A stretch of DNA of 64,000 nt, from NCBI GenBank assembly GCA_964016885.1, contig OZ024743.1, positions 225,556,001-225,620,000 of the forward strand. Direction: 5' to 3'. The notes under the pieces are model-generated. The model made no database searches. It was not told where the DNA came from and worked only from the letters and a program-made list of their open reading frames with translations. Source of the DNA: Eledone cirrhosa (Eukaryota). How positions within the stretch are numbered: the stretch's first letter is position 1; each line of letters starts with the position of its first letter. Below are positions 12,132-24,611 of the stretch, piece after piece. Position numbers and translations under genes: made by a program.

Positions 12132-12170
<39 letters not shown>

Positions 12171-12175
<5 letters not shown>

Positions 12176-12680
12176 ATACTTTGGGAGGGTCATGTTGCCA
12201 ATAAGAAACACACTCACCAGTTGCTTTCACTTCAATTTATTATAAATTAAATTTATAAATTTAAGAATTTATAAATTTCCGGTTGGTTGGTTGGTTCCAC
12301 AACCGGACGGTTGTTCATATATTGTCAAAGTTCTTTCGTCACACATTCTATGACCTCTTGTCACACACAAAAACAAGATGGCATAGGACAGAACAAAGGA
12401 GAGGCACAAAACAAAGAGAAGAATCCTCAGTCACTGAAGAGGTCACAGAATGTGTGACGAAAGAACTTTGATAATATATGAACAACCGTCCGGTTGTGGA
12501 ACCAACCAACCAACTGGAAATTTATAAATTCTTAAATTTATAAATTTAATTTATAATAAATTGGAGTGAAAACAACTGGTGCGTGTGTTTCTTATTGGCA
12601 ACATGACCCTCCCAAAGTATAATAATATCGGTTTCAACACTCGTTTTCAGATAAAGAATCTTGCTAAACAAATTCACAAA
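12171..12680 (+). mobile_element. non-autonomous Penelope-type element with inverted pLTR
   Basis: 12171-12358 is an ~190-bp inverted copy of 12437-12623. Flanked by (TA)n; carries a hammerhead at 12430-12472. Confidence 0.7.
12430..12472 (+). ncRNA. minimal type I hammerhead ribozyme (family 2)
   Basis: GUCA-CUGAAGA-G-GUCACA(GAAUG)UGUGAC-GAA-AGAACU-U^UGAU. Sister copies show stem III AGAGCU and palindromic AGCGCU. Confidence 0.6.
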
Positions 12681-13236
12681 TGATTATATATATATATATA
12701 TATATATCGTTTAACATCCATTTTCTATACTTGCATGGGTTAGATGATTGGTCACATTATGAGGCAAGTTAGGTCAGGTGACCATACCTTGCTCATATGG
12801 ATCTTTATCTTGGCTTGATTTCTAGAGCTGGATGCCCTTTCTCACACCAACCATATTCATACACACATACATATACACACACACACACATACATATATAC
12901 ACACACACATATATATATGATGGCTGCAAACTCTGCTAACACTATTGCAATTGCCTGTCAGATTACAGAAATGGTGCACCTTTAGGCTAGAGTCAGCCAC
13001 ACGAACCTGTAACTAATCCTGAACAAACAATGCCTGTGCTTTGAAGGTTTTTTAAGTGGGGAAAGGCCTTGCACTCGACTAATGCCACTCTCTGAGTATA
13101 GAAAACACTACCCGAAAAGGAGTAGTCAACATCATCGGATGCTTTCGAATCGCAGGTTTTTTTTTTTCAGAGTTTCCCTCTCTTAGAAAGGTGTTGTGAT
13201 ACACATATATATACACATAAATAATTACATATATAC

Positions 13237-13277
<41 letters not shown>

Positions 13278-13554
13278 TATATATTAGGAAAATAAGAAAA
13301 AAAGTAGAAAAGGAGGAGGAGGAGAATAATAATAATAAGAAGAAGGTGTGGTAGTAATAATCGGGGTATAGTAAATGAGGAAGGAAAAGATGGAGAAGGA
13401 GAAACAGAAGGAGATGATGGGGAGGTGTGGTAGTAATATTATTATTAGTAGTAGTAATAGTAATAGAAGCTGTTCATGGGACTGACCTTAATGGGAGAGT
13501 GACCTAAAATTGACCTGAAGTAGCTATTTTTCTGTATTCCGTATTCTAATTGGG

Positions 13555-14520
13555 ATCTATGATCGACGAAGACTGTTTTTGATTTGTCCTATATACTGCT
13601 CTCGACAGCCTGAGCAAGTTAATACATATATCAGGCTTTCTGATGCACATGTGAAATTGTTTTTCACCATAAAACATTGACCCTGTTTGAAGCAGAACTC
13701 TGATCCCTCTATTAGGTTGACCTTGAGTTGATTACGACGTTCTCGAAAGATATAGAAATTAGGTTTAATCAGGATAAATGTTCATATACGATTGTAAATC
13801 AGAGAACATTTTCAAACCAATCTAACAGCAATCTATTTCACTTATATCTGGGAGGACCGCAATAGTAACGTAGGGATATATGAAAACATATCCTGTGATG
13901 GTATTAGTAACAAGGAACTCAGTTTGACCACAGGTTGACCACAGTTGGGTCTTCCACTGTTGGTTTCCTTGTTATGGTTGACTGGATTTTGGCCAGTGTT
14001 AGGATATTTTTCATTGACTTGGGTTTTCTTTGGTTCTTTATGATGTGTGTTTGAAGGATTTGGTTCATTCTATGATCCCTTTTTAGTAAAGGAATGTTCT
14101 GGAGGATGGTGTTGAAGGCCCCATTGTTTAGGGAGTGGGTTGTGTATGGAGATATATGGCAGGGCTTTCAGTTTTTATTCATTCTTTAGTTTGGGGTGTG
14201 AGAAATGCACCTTTGATGAGTTGTAGTACACCTGAGCACTGTACACAATTTTCATTACTATTATTATCATTATATGATGCTTGTGAATAGCTTTTGGTGT
14301 CATTTGTTTTTTAGTGTATCCTGTTATTTTTTATTCATTTCTAGGGCATTTCATTTTCTTGAGCTTTGGACGGAAAGTGCACTTTGGGAAAACTACCTTC
14401 ATTGATCTGACCTATCAATAAGCAGTCTTTCTCTAATTAGTTGTCCTATAACTCTTTCCAACACTTTCATAACTTTGTCCATTAGTTTTATTCTTCTATA
14501 GTTGCTCATCTCTAGAGCAT
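13555..14520 (-). mobile_element. Penelope-like element relic (linker + GIY-YIG endonuclease)
   Basis: Minus strand: LPYISIHNP...KNQRKPKSMKNILT...GRPNCG and FTCASESLIYVLTCSGCREQYIGQ. Interrupted at ~13720-13920 by an RLE-LINE-like scrap (FSKDIEIRFNQDKC). Confidence 0.7.
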
Positions 14521-14599
14521 CACCTTCGCCCTTGTAGCAACACACACACACACATTATATATATAGAATGTTGAGAAGTGACACATTATATATATAGAA

Positions 14600-15625
14600 T
14601 GTTCAGAAGAGTCAGAACTGGATGGAAAAAGTTTCAGAGAGCTTATACCACTATTAGCCGCTAGAGGGTTCTCCCTAAAAATGAAAGGCAGGTTATACGA
14701 TGCCTGCATACGAACAGCAATGCTGCATGGCAGTGAGACCTGGGCATTGTGTGCAGAGGATATACGCAGACTAGAGAGGAACGAAGCTTGCATGCTCCGC
14801 TGGATGTGCAATAGTAATATACGTGAACGGCAAAGCATAAACGAACTAAGGAAAAAATTAGAAATAAGAGGGATCAGATGTTGTTTACTCGAGAGAAGGC
14901 TACGTTGGTACGGTCACGTGATGCGCATGAAAGACGACAGCTGTATAACAAAGTGCAGGGCAATAAAGATAGACGGTAGCCACGGAGTAGGCAGACCCAG
15001 AAAAACATGGGACGAGCTGATAAATTCCGACCTCACACGCTTACACCTCTCCAAGACAATGTCACTGGACCGAGACCTTTGGCGGTACTCAGTAATAGAG
15101 AAGACCCGCCTTACCTAAATACAAAGTAAAAACCTACTACAGTCAGTAGGCATCTCTATCAAAACACACCCCCGTCCCACCACCTCCACCCCACCCACAC
15201 CGCCCCTTTCAATTTAAAGTTATGTTGGTCCCACAACATCCAGGCCGAAACAAATGAGATCGTGTAGGTGTCACGACAAAAAACACACAGTCCACGCTGT
15301 AAATGTGGCCGTGTAGGCAACACGGTAAAAACCTCCCAGCCCCACACTGTAAATGTGGTTGGTGTTAGGAAGGGCATCCAGCTGTAGAAAACCCGCCAGA
15401 CAGTCCACGCTGTAATGTGGCCGTGTAGGCAACACGGTAAAAACCTCCCAGCCCCACACTGTAAATGTGGTTGGTGTTAGGAAGGGCATCCAACTGTAGA
15501 AAACCCGCCAGACAGTCCTATGCGAGCAAGACAACCACTCTTGCCTCAAGTGGGAAAACCCCCCCGTCCAAACCCATGCAAGCGTGGAACACGGACGCTA
15601 AACCTGATGATGATGATGATGATGA
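14600..15625 (+). mobile_element. RTE-clade LINE 3' fragment (family A) with 3' UTR and (GAT)n tail
   Basis: ORF 14681-15118 (KGRLYDAC..LHGSETW..RRLRWYGHVMR..GRPRKTW); ~113-bp duplication within the 3' UTR. Confidence 0.85.
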
Positions 15626-15714
15626 CACACGAGTTGATATATATTAGGAAAATAAGAAAAAAAGTAGAACATGCTAATAGGATTTTCTTATAGCATAATA
15701 GCAAAACATTTTTT

Positions 15715-15970
15715 TAGGACAAAGGAGAGACACAAAATGAAAACTTATTCACTGAGGAGGTCACAGAATGTGTGACAAAAGAGCTTTGACAATATATAAA
15801 CAACCATCTGGTTATCAAATCAACCAACCAAACAACCCAAAATTTATAATAAATTCAAGTGAAAACCAACAGGTGCTTGTGTTTTTATTGGCAGCATGAC
15901 GTTCCCAAAGTATAACAATATATGTTTCAACACACGTTTTCAGAAAAGAAATCTTGCAAAACAAATTCAA
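15715..15970 (+). mobile_element. hammerhead family-2 Penelope-type element, decayed copy
   Basis: Homologous to 12390-12680; core CTGAGGA...AAAA (GAAA mutated) at 15749-15790. Confidence 0.6.
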
Positions 15971-16009
15971 AAACATATATACATACAAATATACATATAA
16001 ACTATCCAT

Positions 16010-16330
16010 GGTTTTTGCCCACAACAAAAATCAAATTCACATCTCATAACAACATTACAGCACAATTATTTCACTTCAACTGTTCCTGCTCCCTTTAACA
16101 TCGCACCAAACACATAAAAACAGAAACAAATCCCATAAAATTAAAAATGTCTTTGGACAAATTCCTACAAGAAATTCCAGATAAAACCTTACACTTGTCT
16201 CCAAAAACAATAACTCTCTACTTGAGTGGGTCATGGTGCCCAAATCATAATTTGAAAGACTTTGTCAGGTGGTGCTTTTAATTAGACATATCCAGGGCCA
16301 ATACTGGCTGAAACCTATCAAGGTTATTAT
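16010..16330 (+). mobile_element. CR1-like LINE 3' fragment
   Basis: Decayed ...LDKFLQEIPD C-terminal motif. Confidence 0.45.
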
Positions 16331-16754
16331 TTATATTATTTAATGTCTAAATAATATTATTCTTTCTTTCCCATTACCTTATCGTGTTCCACATCACCCC
16401 CTTTTTTTTCTTTTTTCTTTTTACTTCAAAAACCTTGTTTGTAAATAATAATATTCTTTCTTTCCCATTTCCTTAACATGTTCAACATCACTTTATCTTC
16501 TCTCCAACATTTTATACCAATACAAATTTCCCCCTTTGATAATGCATAAAATGCTGAAACCGGTAATAGACAATTATTAAATATATAAATAAATAAATAA
16601 ATGCCATTGTTAATTAATAAATAAATTAACTAATACCTTAACACTTCACACAAAGTAAATTATTTTGTTTTAAACAATTTCTAACCCAGAAAAAAGAGAA
16701 AAAAATAAAGGGGGAAAAAAAAATTTTTCTTCCTAATAATCGTCTTTTTCTCCC

Positions 16755-16796
<42 letters not shown>

Positions 16797-19700
16797 GCTA
16801 TAAGCTTTTCTGGGTGGGAAATGACAATGGGCTGGGTGGAGTAGGAATCATGGTAGCAGAAAAGTGGGCAGATAAGATAATAGACGTAAATAGAGTGAAC
16901 GACAGAATAATTAAAATGAGACTTGTCCTCAATAGAACTATGGTGACAGTAATATCTGCGTACGCACCCCAATCCGGACTGCCCGGCACTATAAAAGACA
17001 GATTCTATGAGACACTGATGTTCACTACCTCCCAAATAACCGACAGTGACTATATAATTATTGCTGGTGACCTAAATGGTCACGTTGGACAACATTGTGA
17101 TGGCTATGACGGAATCCATGGAGGCTAAGGGTTTGGTACTAGAAATGAGGAAGGCTCCAGAATCCTGGAATTCTGTGACGCAAATAACCTAACTATCTGT
17201 AACACTAACTTAAAAAAACGAGACAATCACTTGATCACCTATACATCGGGGGAACACACAAGCCAGGTAGATTATATCCTTACCAGGAGACGTGACAGAG
17301 TGTCTGTTGTAAACACTAAATCCCTCCCCCATGAAGAATGCACGTCTCAACATAGACTCATAATTAGCGACCTCATAGTCAGGACGAGACGTATTCGACA
17401 ACAGAAGAGGACTATCCTCAGGAGAAAAATATGGAAATTAAAGGACCCCACAGCCAGTAATAAATTTAAAAGCATATTACTTGATGTTTTGATAGTAAGG
17501 AAGAGCAATTAGAGTCGTACAATATAGAGAAACAGTGGGAATTCCTGAAAGCTAACCTGCTGAAGGCGACAGATGAAACCTGTGGCTAGAGCAGGCCTAT
17601 AGGCAGGAGGAGAGTAACTTGGTGGTGGAACAGTAAGGTGGAGAGGTCAATCAAGGACAAAAAGCAGGCTTGGAAAGCATGGCAGGATGGGGGAAGTAGA
17701 GAAGACTATCAAGTGGCCAGGAGGGAAGCTAGAAGACAAGTGTACTTCACAAGAAGGGAAGAAGAGGAAAGAAAGTTCAAGCATGTTCTACAACGCGAGG
17801 ACCAAAAATGTGAGGTGTTCAGGATTGCTAGGCAATGTGTCAAGGAAAACAGTGATATTGTCGGGGAGAAGTGTGTCCTTAATGATGATGGTGTATTTGC
17901 CATCACTGAGGCTGATAAGAAGGTAGCTTGGAAGTGTCACTACGAAAGGCTACTAAATGAGGAGAATGAGGAGAATAATAAAACGTCGACCCAATAGAGG
18001 GACCAGCAGTGCAAGTTGAAGGTAGTGTAATAAGTAAGGCAATCAAAGACATGAAGATGGGCAAGGCGGCCGGGCCTTCAGAAATAGTTGCCGAAATACT
18101 GAAAGCATCTGGAACGGTGGGACACACTATGGTAACCCGGATAATAAACCAAGTCATACAGAATGGGGTCGTTCCGAAGGACTGGCACAGCAGCATCATC
18201 ATTAACTGCTACAAGGGTAAAGGTGATGCCCTAGATAGGGGAAACTATAGAGGCATTAAATTAATTGACCAGGTCATGAAGGTCACAGAAAAAGTAATAG
18301 CGCAACTAATCAGAGAGCGAATTGATCTAGACGAAATGCAGTTCGGGTTTGTGTCAGGTAAAAGTACAACAAACGCTCTTTTCATTGTACGACAACTACA
18401 GGAGCAGTACCTAGCTAAAAGTAAACCCCTATACTTAGCTTTTGTTGACTTGGAGAAAGCCTTTGACAGAGTACCCCGCTCGATTATCTGGTGGGCCCTT
18501 AGAAAACTAGGTGTTGATGAATGGCTTGTGAGAGCTATACAAGCCATGTATAAAGAAAAAGTCAGCAAGGTTAGAATTAACAACGAATATAGTGAAGAGT
18601 TTAGCGTAAAAGTTGGTGTTCATCAGGGCTCCGTCCTTAGCCCCCTACTATTTATTATTGCCCTTCAGGCTATAACAGAGGAGTTCAAGAGCGGCTGCCC
18701 ATGGGAACTCCTATATGCAGATGATCTAACGCTCATAGCTGAATCAATGGCTGAACTAGAGAAGAAATTCCAAACATGGAAGCATGGCCTAGAATCAAAA
18801 GGCCTTAAAGTTAACTTGTCTAAGACTAAAGTTCTAGTTTGTAGGAAGGAAAATAGGGCACCGGTCCCATCTGGGAAATGGCCATGCTCAGTGTGTAGGA
18901 AAGGAGTAGGGAGAAACTCCATTTTATGTCCCAAATGCAAAGTATGGGTACATAAAAGATGTAGTGGGATCACAGGTAAGCTAACTAAGAATATAGATTT
19001 TATATGTGGCCGGTGCTCTGGTGCAATAAGTAGCAGCAAGTGCCCACAAAATACTAACTCATTCCATTGCACAGATGGTTCTATAGAAATAGTGGACAGC
19101 TTCCGTTACCTGGGTGACAAAATCAGCAGTGGAGGAGGGTGCTCTGAAAGTACAGTAGCTAGAGTCAGAACGGGATGGAAAAGTTCAGAGAGCTTATACC
19201 ACTATTGGCCGCTAAAGGTTTCTCTCTAAAAATGAAAGGCTGGCTGTATGATGCCTGCATACGAACAGCAATGTTACATGGCAGTGAGACCTGGGCATTG
19301 TGTGCAGAGGATATACGCAGACTGGAGAGAAACGAAGCTTGCATGCTCTGCTGGATGTGTAATAGTAATATACGTGAATGGCAAAGCATAAACAAACTAA
19401 GGGAGAAATTAGAAATAAGAGGAATCAGATGTTGTTTACTCGAGAGAAGACTATGTTGGTATGGTCACGTGATGTGCATGAAAGACGACAGCTGTATAAA
19501 AAAGTGCAGGGCAATAAAAATAGACGGTAGCCACGGAATAGGCAGACCCAGAAAAACCTGGGACGACTTGATAAATTCCAACCTCAAACACTTACACCTC
19601 TCCAAGACAATGTCACTGGACCGAGATCTTTGGCGCTACACAGTAATAGAGAAGACCCGCCTTACCTAAATGCAAAGTGAAACCTACTACAGTCAGTAGG

Positions 19701-20762
19701 CACCTCTAACAAAATACACCCCTGTCACACTACCCCCACCCCATCCACACCACCCCTTTCAATGTAAAGTTATGTTGGTACCACAACATCCAGCCCAAAA
19801 CAAACGAGGTCGTGTAGGTGTCACGACAAAAAAACACACAGTTCACGCTGTAATGTGGCCATGTAGGTAACACGGTAAAAACCTCCCAGTTCCACATTGT
19901 AAATGTGGTTGGTGTTAGGAAGGGCATCCAGCCGTAGAAAACCCGCCAGACAGTCCTATGCGAGCAAGACAACCACTCTTCATTCGCATCATCAGTCTGG
20001 AACCCCTATCTTGCTCAGAACATTGACCTCCTGGAAACTGTTCAGAGACGTGCAACCAAGCGCATACCCTCCATCAGACACCTACCATTCTCTGAACGCC
20101 TTGCTTCCCTGGGCATGGATTCATTGAAGCTCCGACGTCTGGCAATGGACTTGGTAAATACCCACAAAGTTATTAACCATCTCGCCAATTGCAACCCTGA
20201 GCACCTTTTTGATCTCCATGTGTCTAACACACGTGGACATGCCTACAAAATCAGAAAACAGCACAGCTCCCATTACTTTCATAGACATTTTTTCACGCTC
20301 AGAGTTGCTGAAGCATGGAACAAACTGCCTGCGTCAATTGTTAGCTGCCGAGACACTGCATCCTTTAAGACACTCATGCTTCCCGAAATATGCCAAAACT
20401 ACACCTGATGTACCCCTTCCATACACATGCACACGTGTGTATCATGACTCGTGCACTGTTCATTTTCCTGATGTTTGTGCATTGCCCTATGTACTGTACA
20501 TGCACTTTTTGATGAGTTGTGGTGCACCTGGGCACTGTACACAATATTTCATTATTATTATTGTTATTATATCATGACTCATACCCTGTTCATTTTCCTG
20601 ACATTTGTACATTATTCTATGTACTATACATGCACCTTTGATGAGTTGTAGTGCACCTGAGCACTGTACACAATAATTTCATTATTATTAAGTGGGAAAA
20701 CTCCCGTCCAAACCCATGCGAGCATGGAATATGGACGTTAAACGATGATGATGATGATGATA
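16797..20762 (+). mobile_element. near full-length RTE-clade LINE (family A): APE endonuclease, RT, PHD-like finger; disrupted
   Basis: AYAPQ, GDLNGHVG, SQVDYIL and SQHRL (APE); QFGF, FVDLEKAFD, GVHQGSVLSPLLF and YADD (RT). Several stops and frameshifts. (GAT)n tail at 20743-20762; 3' UTR split by a CR1 insertion. Confidence 0.92.
19981..20690 (+). mobile_element. CR1-clade LINE 3' fragment nested in the RTE 3' UTR
   Basis: VWNP..LETVQRRATK..RLASLG..RR..TRGHAYK..FFTLRV..WNKLP; duplicated 3' UTR ending in (ATT)n. Confidence 0.85.
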
Positions 20763-21139
20763 TATATATTTGTGTGTGTATGTGTGTAACCACAGTAAGT
20801 AAGGTACTCGATACATTGAGTGTAAACATCAAATTTAATATAGAAATAGCTTCTACAGGACTAGAACTGTTTCATTCCCAAGAAATCATCAAGAAATCTT
20901 TTCTAGTGATTTCTTTCGAATTAAACATTTCTAGTCCTGTAGAAGCCATTTCTATATTAAATTTGATGTATACATATATATATATAACAAAGAGGGTGTG
21001 GTAAGATACCAGGTAGACCATAATGCACCAGAGTACTCAATACTTAGGGCAGTAGAGTGGGTGATAGGGAAAGAGTCAGGACCCCGGCTGAGTTTGGATC
21101 TAGCTGTCAAAATGGCTGTTGAGATCCTGACCCTTTTCA

Positions 21140-21410
21140 TCATTATCATCATCATCATCATCCCCGTTTTACGTCCGTTCTTCCACGCTAGCATGTGGGC
21201 AGTGTCTGGTCGGCTGACCATGCCTTGCTCATACAGGAACTGATTTGGCTTGATTTCTACAGCTGGATGCCCTTCCTAACACCAACTTCATTTACAGTGA
21301 GTGCTGAGTGCTTTTTCGTGGCGCCTACACGTCCACTTTACAGTGTGGGCTGGGTGCTTTTTTGCCGTGGCACCTCCACGACCACCTTGCGGAGGGGGGT
21401 GTGGGGGCAT
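21140..21410 (-). mobile_element. RTE-tailed SINE (family 3)
   Basis: Reverse complement of GGTGTTAGGAAGGGCATCCAGCTGTAGAAA with (GAT)n tail. Other copies at 39530-39810, 40750-40915, 56815-57080 and 27630-28010. Confidence 0.65.
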
Positions 21411-22459
21411 ATTGTCTATATGCTTCATATATATATATATATAATACTTATATATTTCCGATGGTCTTCTATGTCATATGCATCTAACTACTTCTGTCAT
21501 ATTATGTAGTTTCTATAATAAACAATATCACTTCAAGCTATAATAAAAACAAAATCATTGCTTCTTTATGAAAAATATCTGACTCTACTTTTTCTAATTT
21601 CTTGAGAGGTTCCCATTGTCTCTCTTTATCCAAGGGAGATAATTTATAGCTAGCACTCAAATGCAGTAGGTAGAGACAGTTATAAACAGCTGCTGATAAG
21701 TAAATGCATCAGAGCCTAGAAAATTATTAAAATTTATCCAGTAAGATACTGTTGAAATAGAAATGATGAGATACAACTGAGATTACCCTAAAATGGCATT
21801 AAATTTTGTTTTTGTGCCAGAAGCCAGAGCACACTACATCTGACGTCTGTAGGCTTACAAGAAGATAAAAATTATTCATATTCTCAACAAATGTTCGGTC
21901 CACCACTAATGCTAGACTCATGTGTAAAGGAAATGTTCATGCAGTATATTTACCAGTCAACAGTACATAACTTATCTAAACCCTAAATCAAGGGATACTT
22001 TGCTCTCTAAATGCTAAGTATTGTTCACTTTTCATTAAAAATATGTTAGATGTGGTGGATGTTGGTAAGTCTGGACCAACATTTACTAAAAGATTTTACA
22101 TGAAAGATGTTCTTCTGCCTGAGGGTGGGAGAACGGGAAAGCATCTTTACAAGCAGCTGCCTGTCCGAGATCAGCAACCCATTAAGTTCTGTAAAGGTAG
22201 AACTGGGAGTCTATGAGCCAAGTTTAGAATTTTAAATACTTTGTTAAAAACATAATATCATAATATACATACATTATTGGGTATCAATTCTTCTCTAAGT
22301 ATAACGTTACTCTCTTTTGTTTATTAACACCATATATCAATCTAGGAGAGGAGGTAATTGTAGCAGGTGGATTATAAAAGAATTCAGGAGTCCCAGTGGC
22401 TCAGTTGGTAAGTGTGTTGTAAGTTGAGCACTGTACACAATAATTTTCATTATTATATT

Positions 22460-22645
22460 GTGGTAGCAGTATCGGTAGAGGGTCGGACGCCATGCTTTGA
22501 CGTATAGAGTTACGGCCCTTGCCATTCTGAGTTCAAATCCCGCCGAGGTTAACTTTGCCTTTCATCCTTACGGGGTCGATAAAATAAAGTACCAGTAATG
22601 TACTGGGTAATTGCTGGCCTTGTGCCAATAGTAGAAACAATTATA
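22460..22645 (+). mobile_element. tRNA-derived SINE (family 1)
   Basis: A-box-like GCAGTATCGGTAGAG, B-box GAGTTCAAATCC, conserved TTGCCTTTCATCCTTACGGGGTCGATAAAATAAAGTACCAG core; >15 copies in the window. Confidence 0.8.
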
Positions 22646-22659
22646 TTTTTATTTAAGTA

Positions 22660-23200
22660 AAAGTGGTTCTTGATAGTGAAAAGGTTACAAATGGTTGCAG
22701 CAGATTATAGAAAACCTGCTATATATCATGGTTTAATTGATAATGCATCTGGTAAAAATATTGACAATGATTTCATGGGCTTTCATTTATCAAATGAAAA
22801 AAAAATATCGTTAATGAATTGCTTGAGTATGCAAAAAATGCTCCAGGACATGTTGCCAAGGATATAGCAAGTAATCTTAATAAAGAAAATCTCACTGAAT
22901 GGATGAATATCAATGTAACCATATCTTACATACTTGGAAACAATAGATAGTTTTGAAGACTAAAACATAGTAAGTGATGAAGATAAAACAAATGTAATTG
23001 AAAGGCTTTCTGATGACATACTGATAGATATGGTGCATGCAATAAACCAAAGACCAATCTACTACCTTTACAAAACAACAATAAATGAATTTGTATTAGT
23101 TGCATGAAAAAATACACAGGAAAACATCAGAACATATGAAGCAACTTGGATGAAATGTTTAAAAAGGTAACCAAAAAGAATGTGTTTCCTGCGGTTTTAT
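22660..23200 (+). mobile_element. Tigger/pogo transposase C-terminal relic
   Basis: Decayed NIDNDFMGF...NLTEWMNI segment resembling Tigger C-termini; many stops. Confidence 0.4.
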
Positions 23201-24611
23201 CTTTATGTACGCGGGTTGTCTTACCTACTATATCAGAAATACAAGAATCCAAAACACTAATCATGATACCATTAAGGCCAACAAGGAAGCCATCTAGGGC
23301 ACAGACCTCAGAGAGGTGTATTGCTGAACTCTAAAGGATCACAATATATCAGAATTTTCTGCAATCAATTATCATTAAATATCTTTGTCATGTGGAAATA
23401 TCCAAAGTAGTAGAGGAGTCGTACAGTGTTATGACAAGACACATGATTTGGCATAGATGAGTGGAGTGTATAGTGGAAAATGCAGGCTTAGTTATTTTTC
23501 TAGTGTAGTCAGAGCAAGAAATGTATAGGTTCATCAACCTAACAAAATGTAAGTTGAAATTATTTTATTTAAGAGAATGTTACACATACGTTGGAGAAAG
23601 GAGTACACATTGTAGGGTTAGCCAAGGGTTTTAAGTACCCAGGTGCCAGCTCTGCCAGACATCCCTCAACTTCAAGACCTTTGTGATTAGCTTTACAATT
23701 CCAGTAAAATTTTTAAATTTACCAATTTTAGAACAGCAGTGTTACAACATTCTTTGTAAGTACAGTAATTAATAATGGATCTCTCACAATGGGACAGCCT
23801 ATCCTACCCATGTTAGCATGAAAAATGGAGATTAAACGATGATGATAACATTCAATAATTATTTGACAATCTTGGTTAATTAACTGTGTTTCTATAATAC
23901 AGATACCTACACAGCACAATATCTTACACAGTGCTATATTAATAAACTTGTATCAACAACAACAAGCATTTTAAAGATCATTTTCTGTTAAAGCAGGGTT
24001 TAGCCTTGCAGGACCCATGACAAGCCTTTCTATTTTCCCTATTGTCTGCATCTTACTACCAACCTCCTGGCTTTCTTTTCCTTTTTCATCATCTTTAACC
24101 ATGTCTTCCACAGTCATTTCCATCACACCTTTCACCAAGTTACTTTCATCCTTCCTCAACATATGACCTAACCATCAAAAGGACCTCAAAATGAGTACTA
24201 ATAAAAACTGTATTATTTATACAAGTACTAACAGTCACTATGAAGAATCAAACTCCATGAAAAGTACAGAGTCTGATTCTTCATAGTGGCTGATGGCCAC
24301 TTTTTTCCACCTATAGAAGTATTTTTACCTGATTTTCTAACTATTTACAGTTATTTTCTTTGGGGATTTTTACAGTTTCAATGAATTTTAAATCTACCTA
24401 ATGCTCTGATAGTTTATTTTCAAAATGTTATTAATTTAAATTTAATATTTGTTTTATTAATCCGTTCTATACCAACCCCATCAAAGCCATCTCTAATTCT
24501 TTGAAACAAAACCACCCATTTGAAAGGATTGTTATTTAAATTTAAATCTTCCAAAATAATTTTATACCAGAACCATGTGTTAAGTTATGATCTTAGTAAA
24601 AAAATATTTAA

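Noticed and set aside
16533-16572. Hammerhead-like TTGATAA-TGCATAAAATGCT-GAAACCGGTA
   Set aside because: Core mutated at two positions and stem I not convincing; at most a dead relic. A similar weak motif lies at ~39865-39910 on the minus strand.
22460-22550. tRNA gene
   Set aside because: A/B-box-like motifs belong to SINE heads; no cloverleaf.
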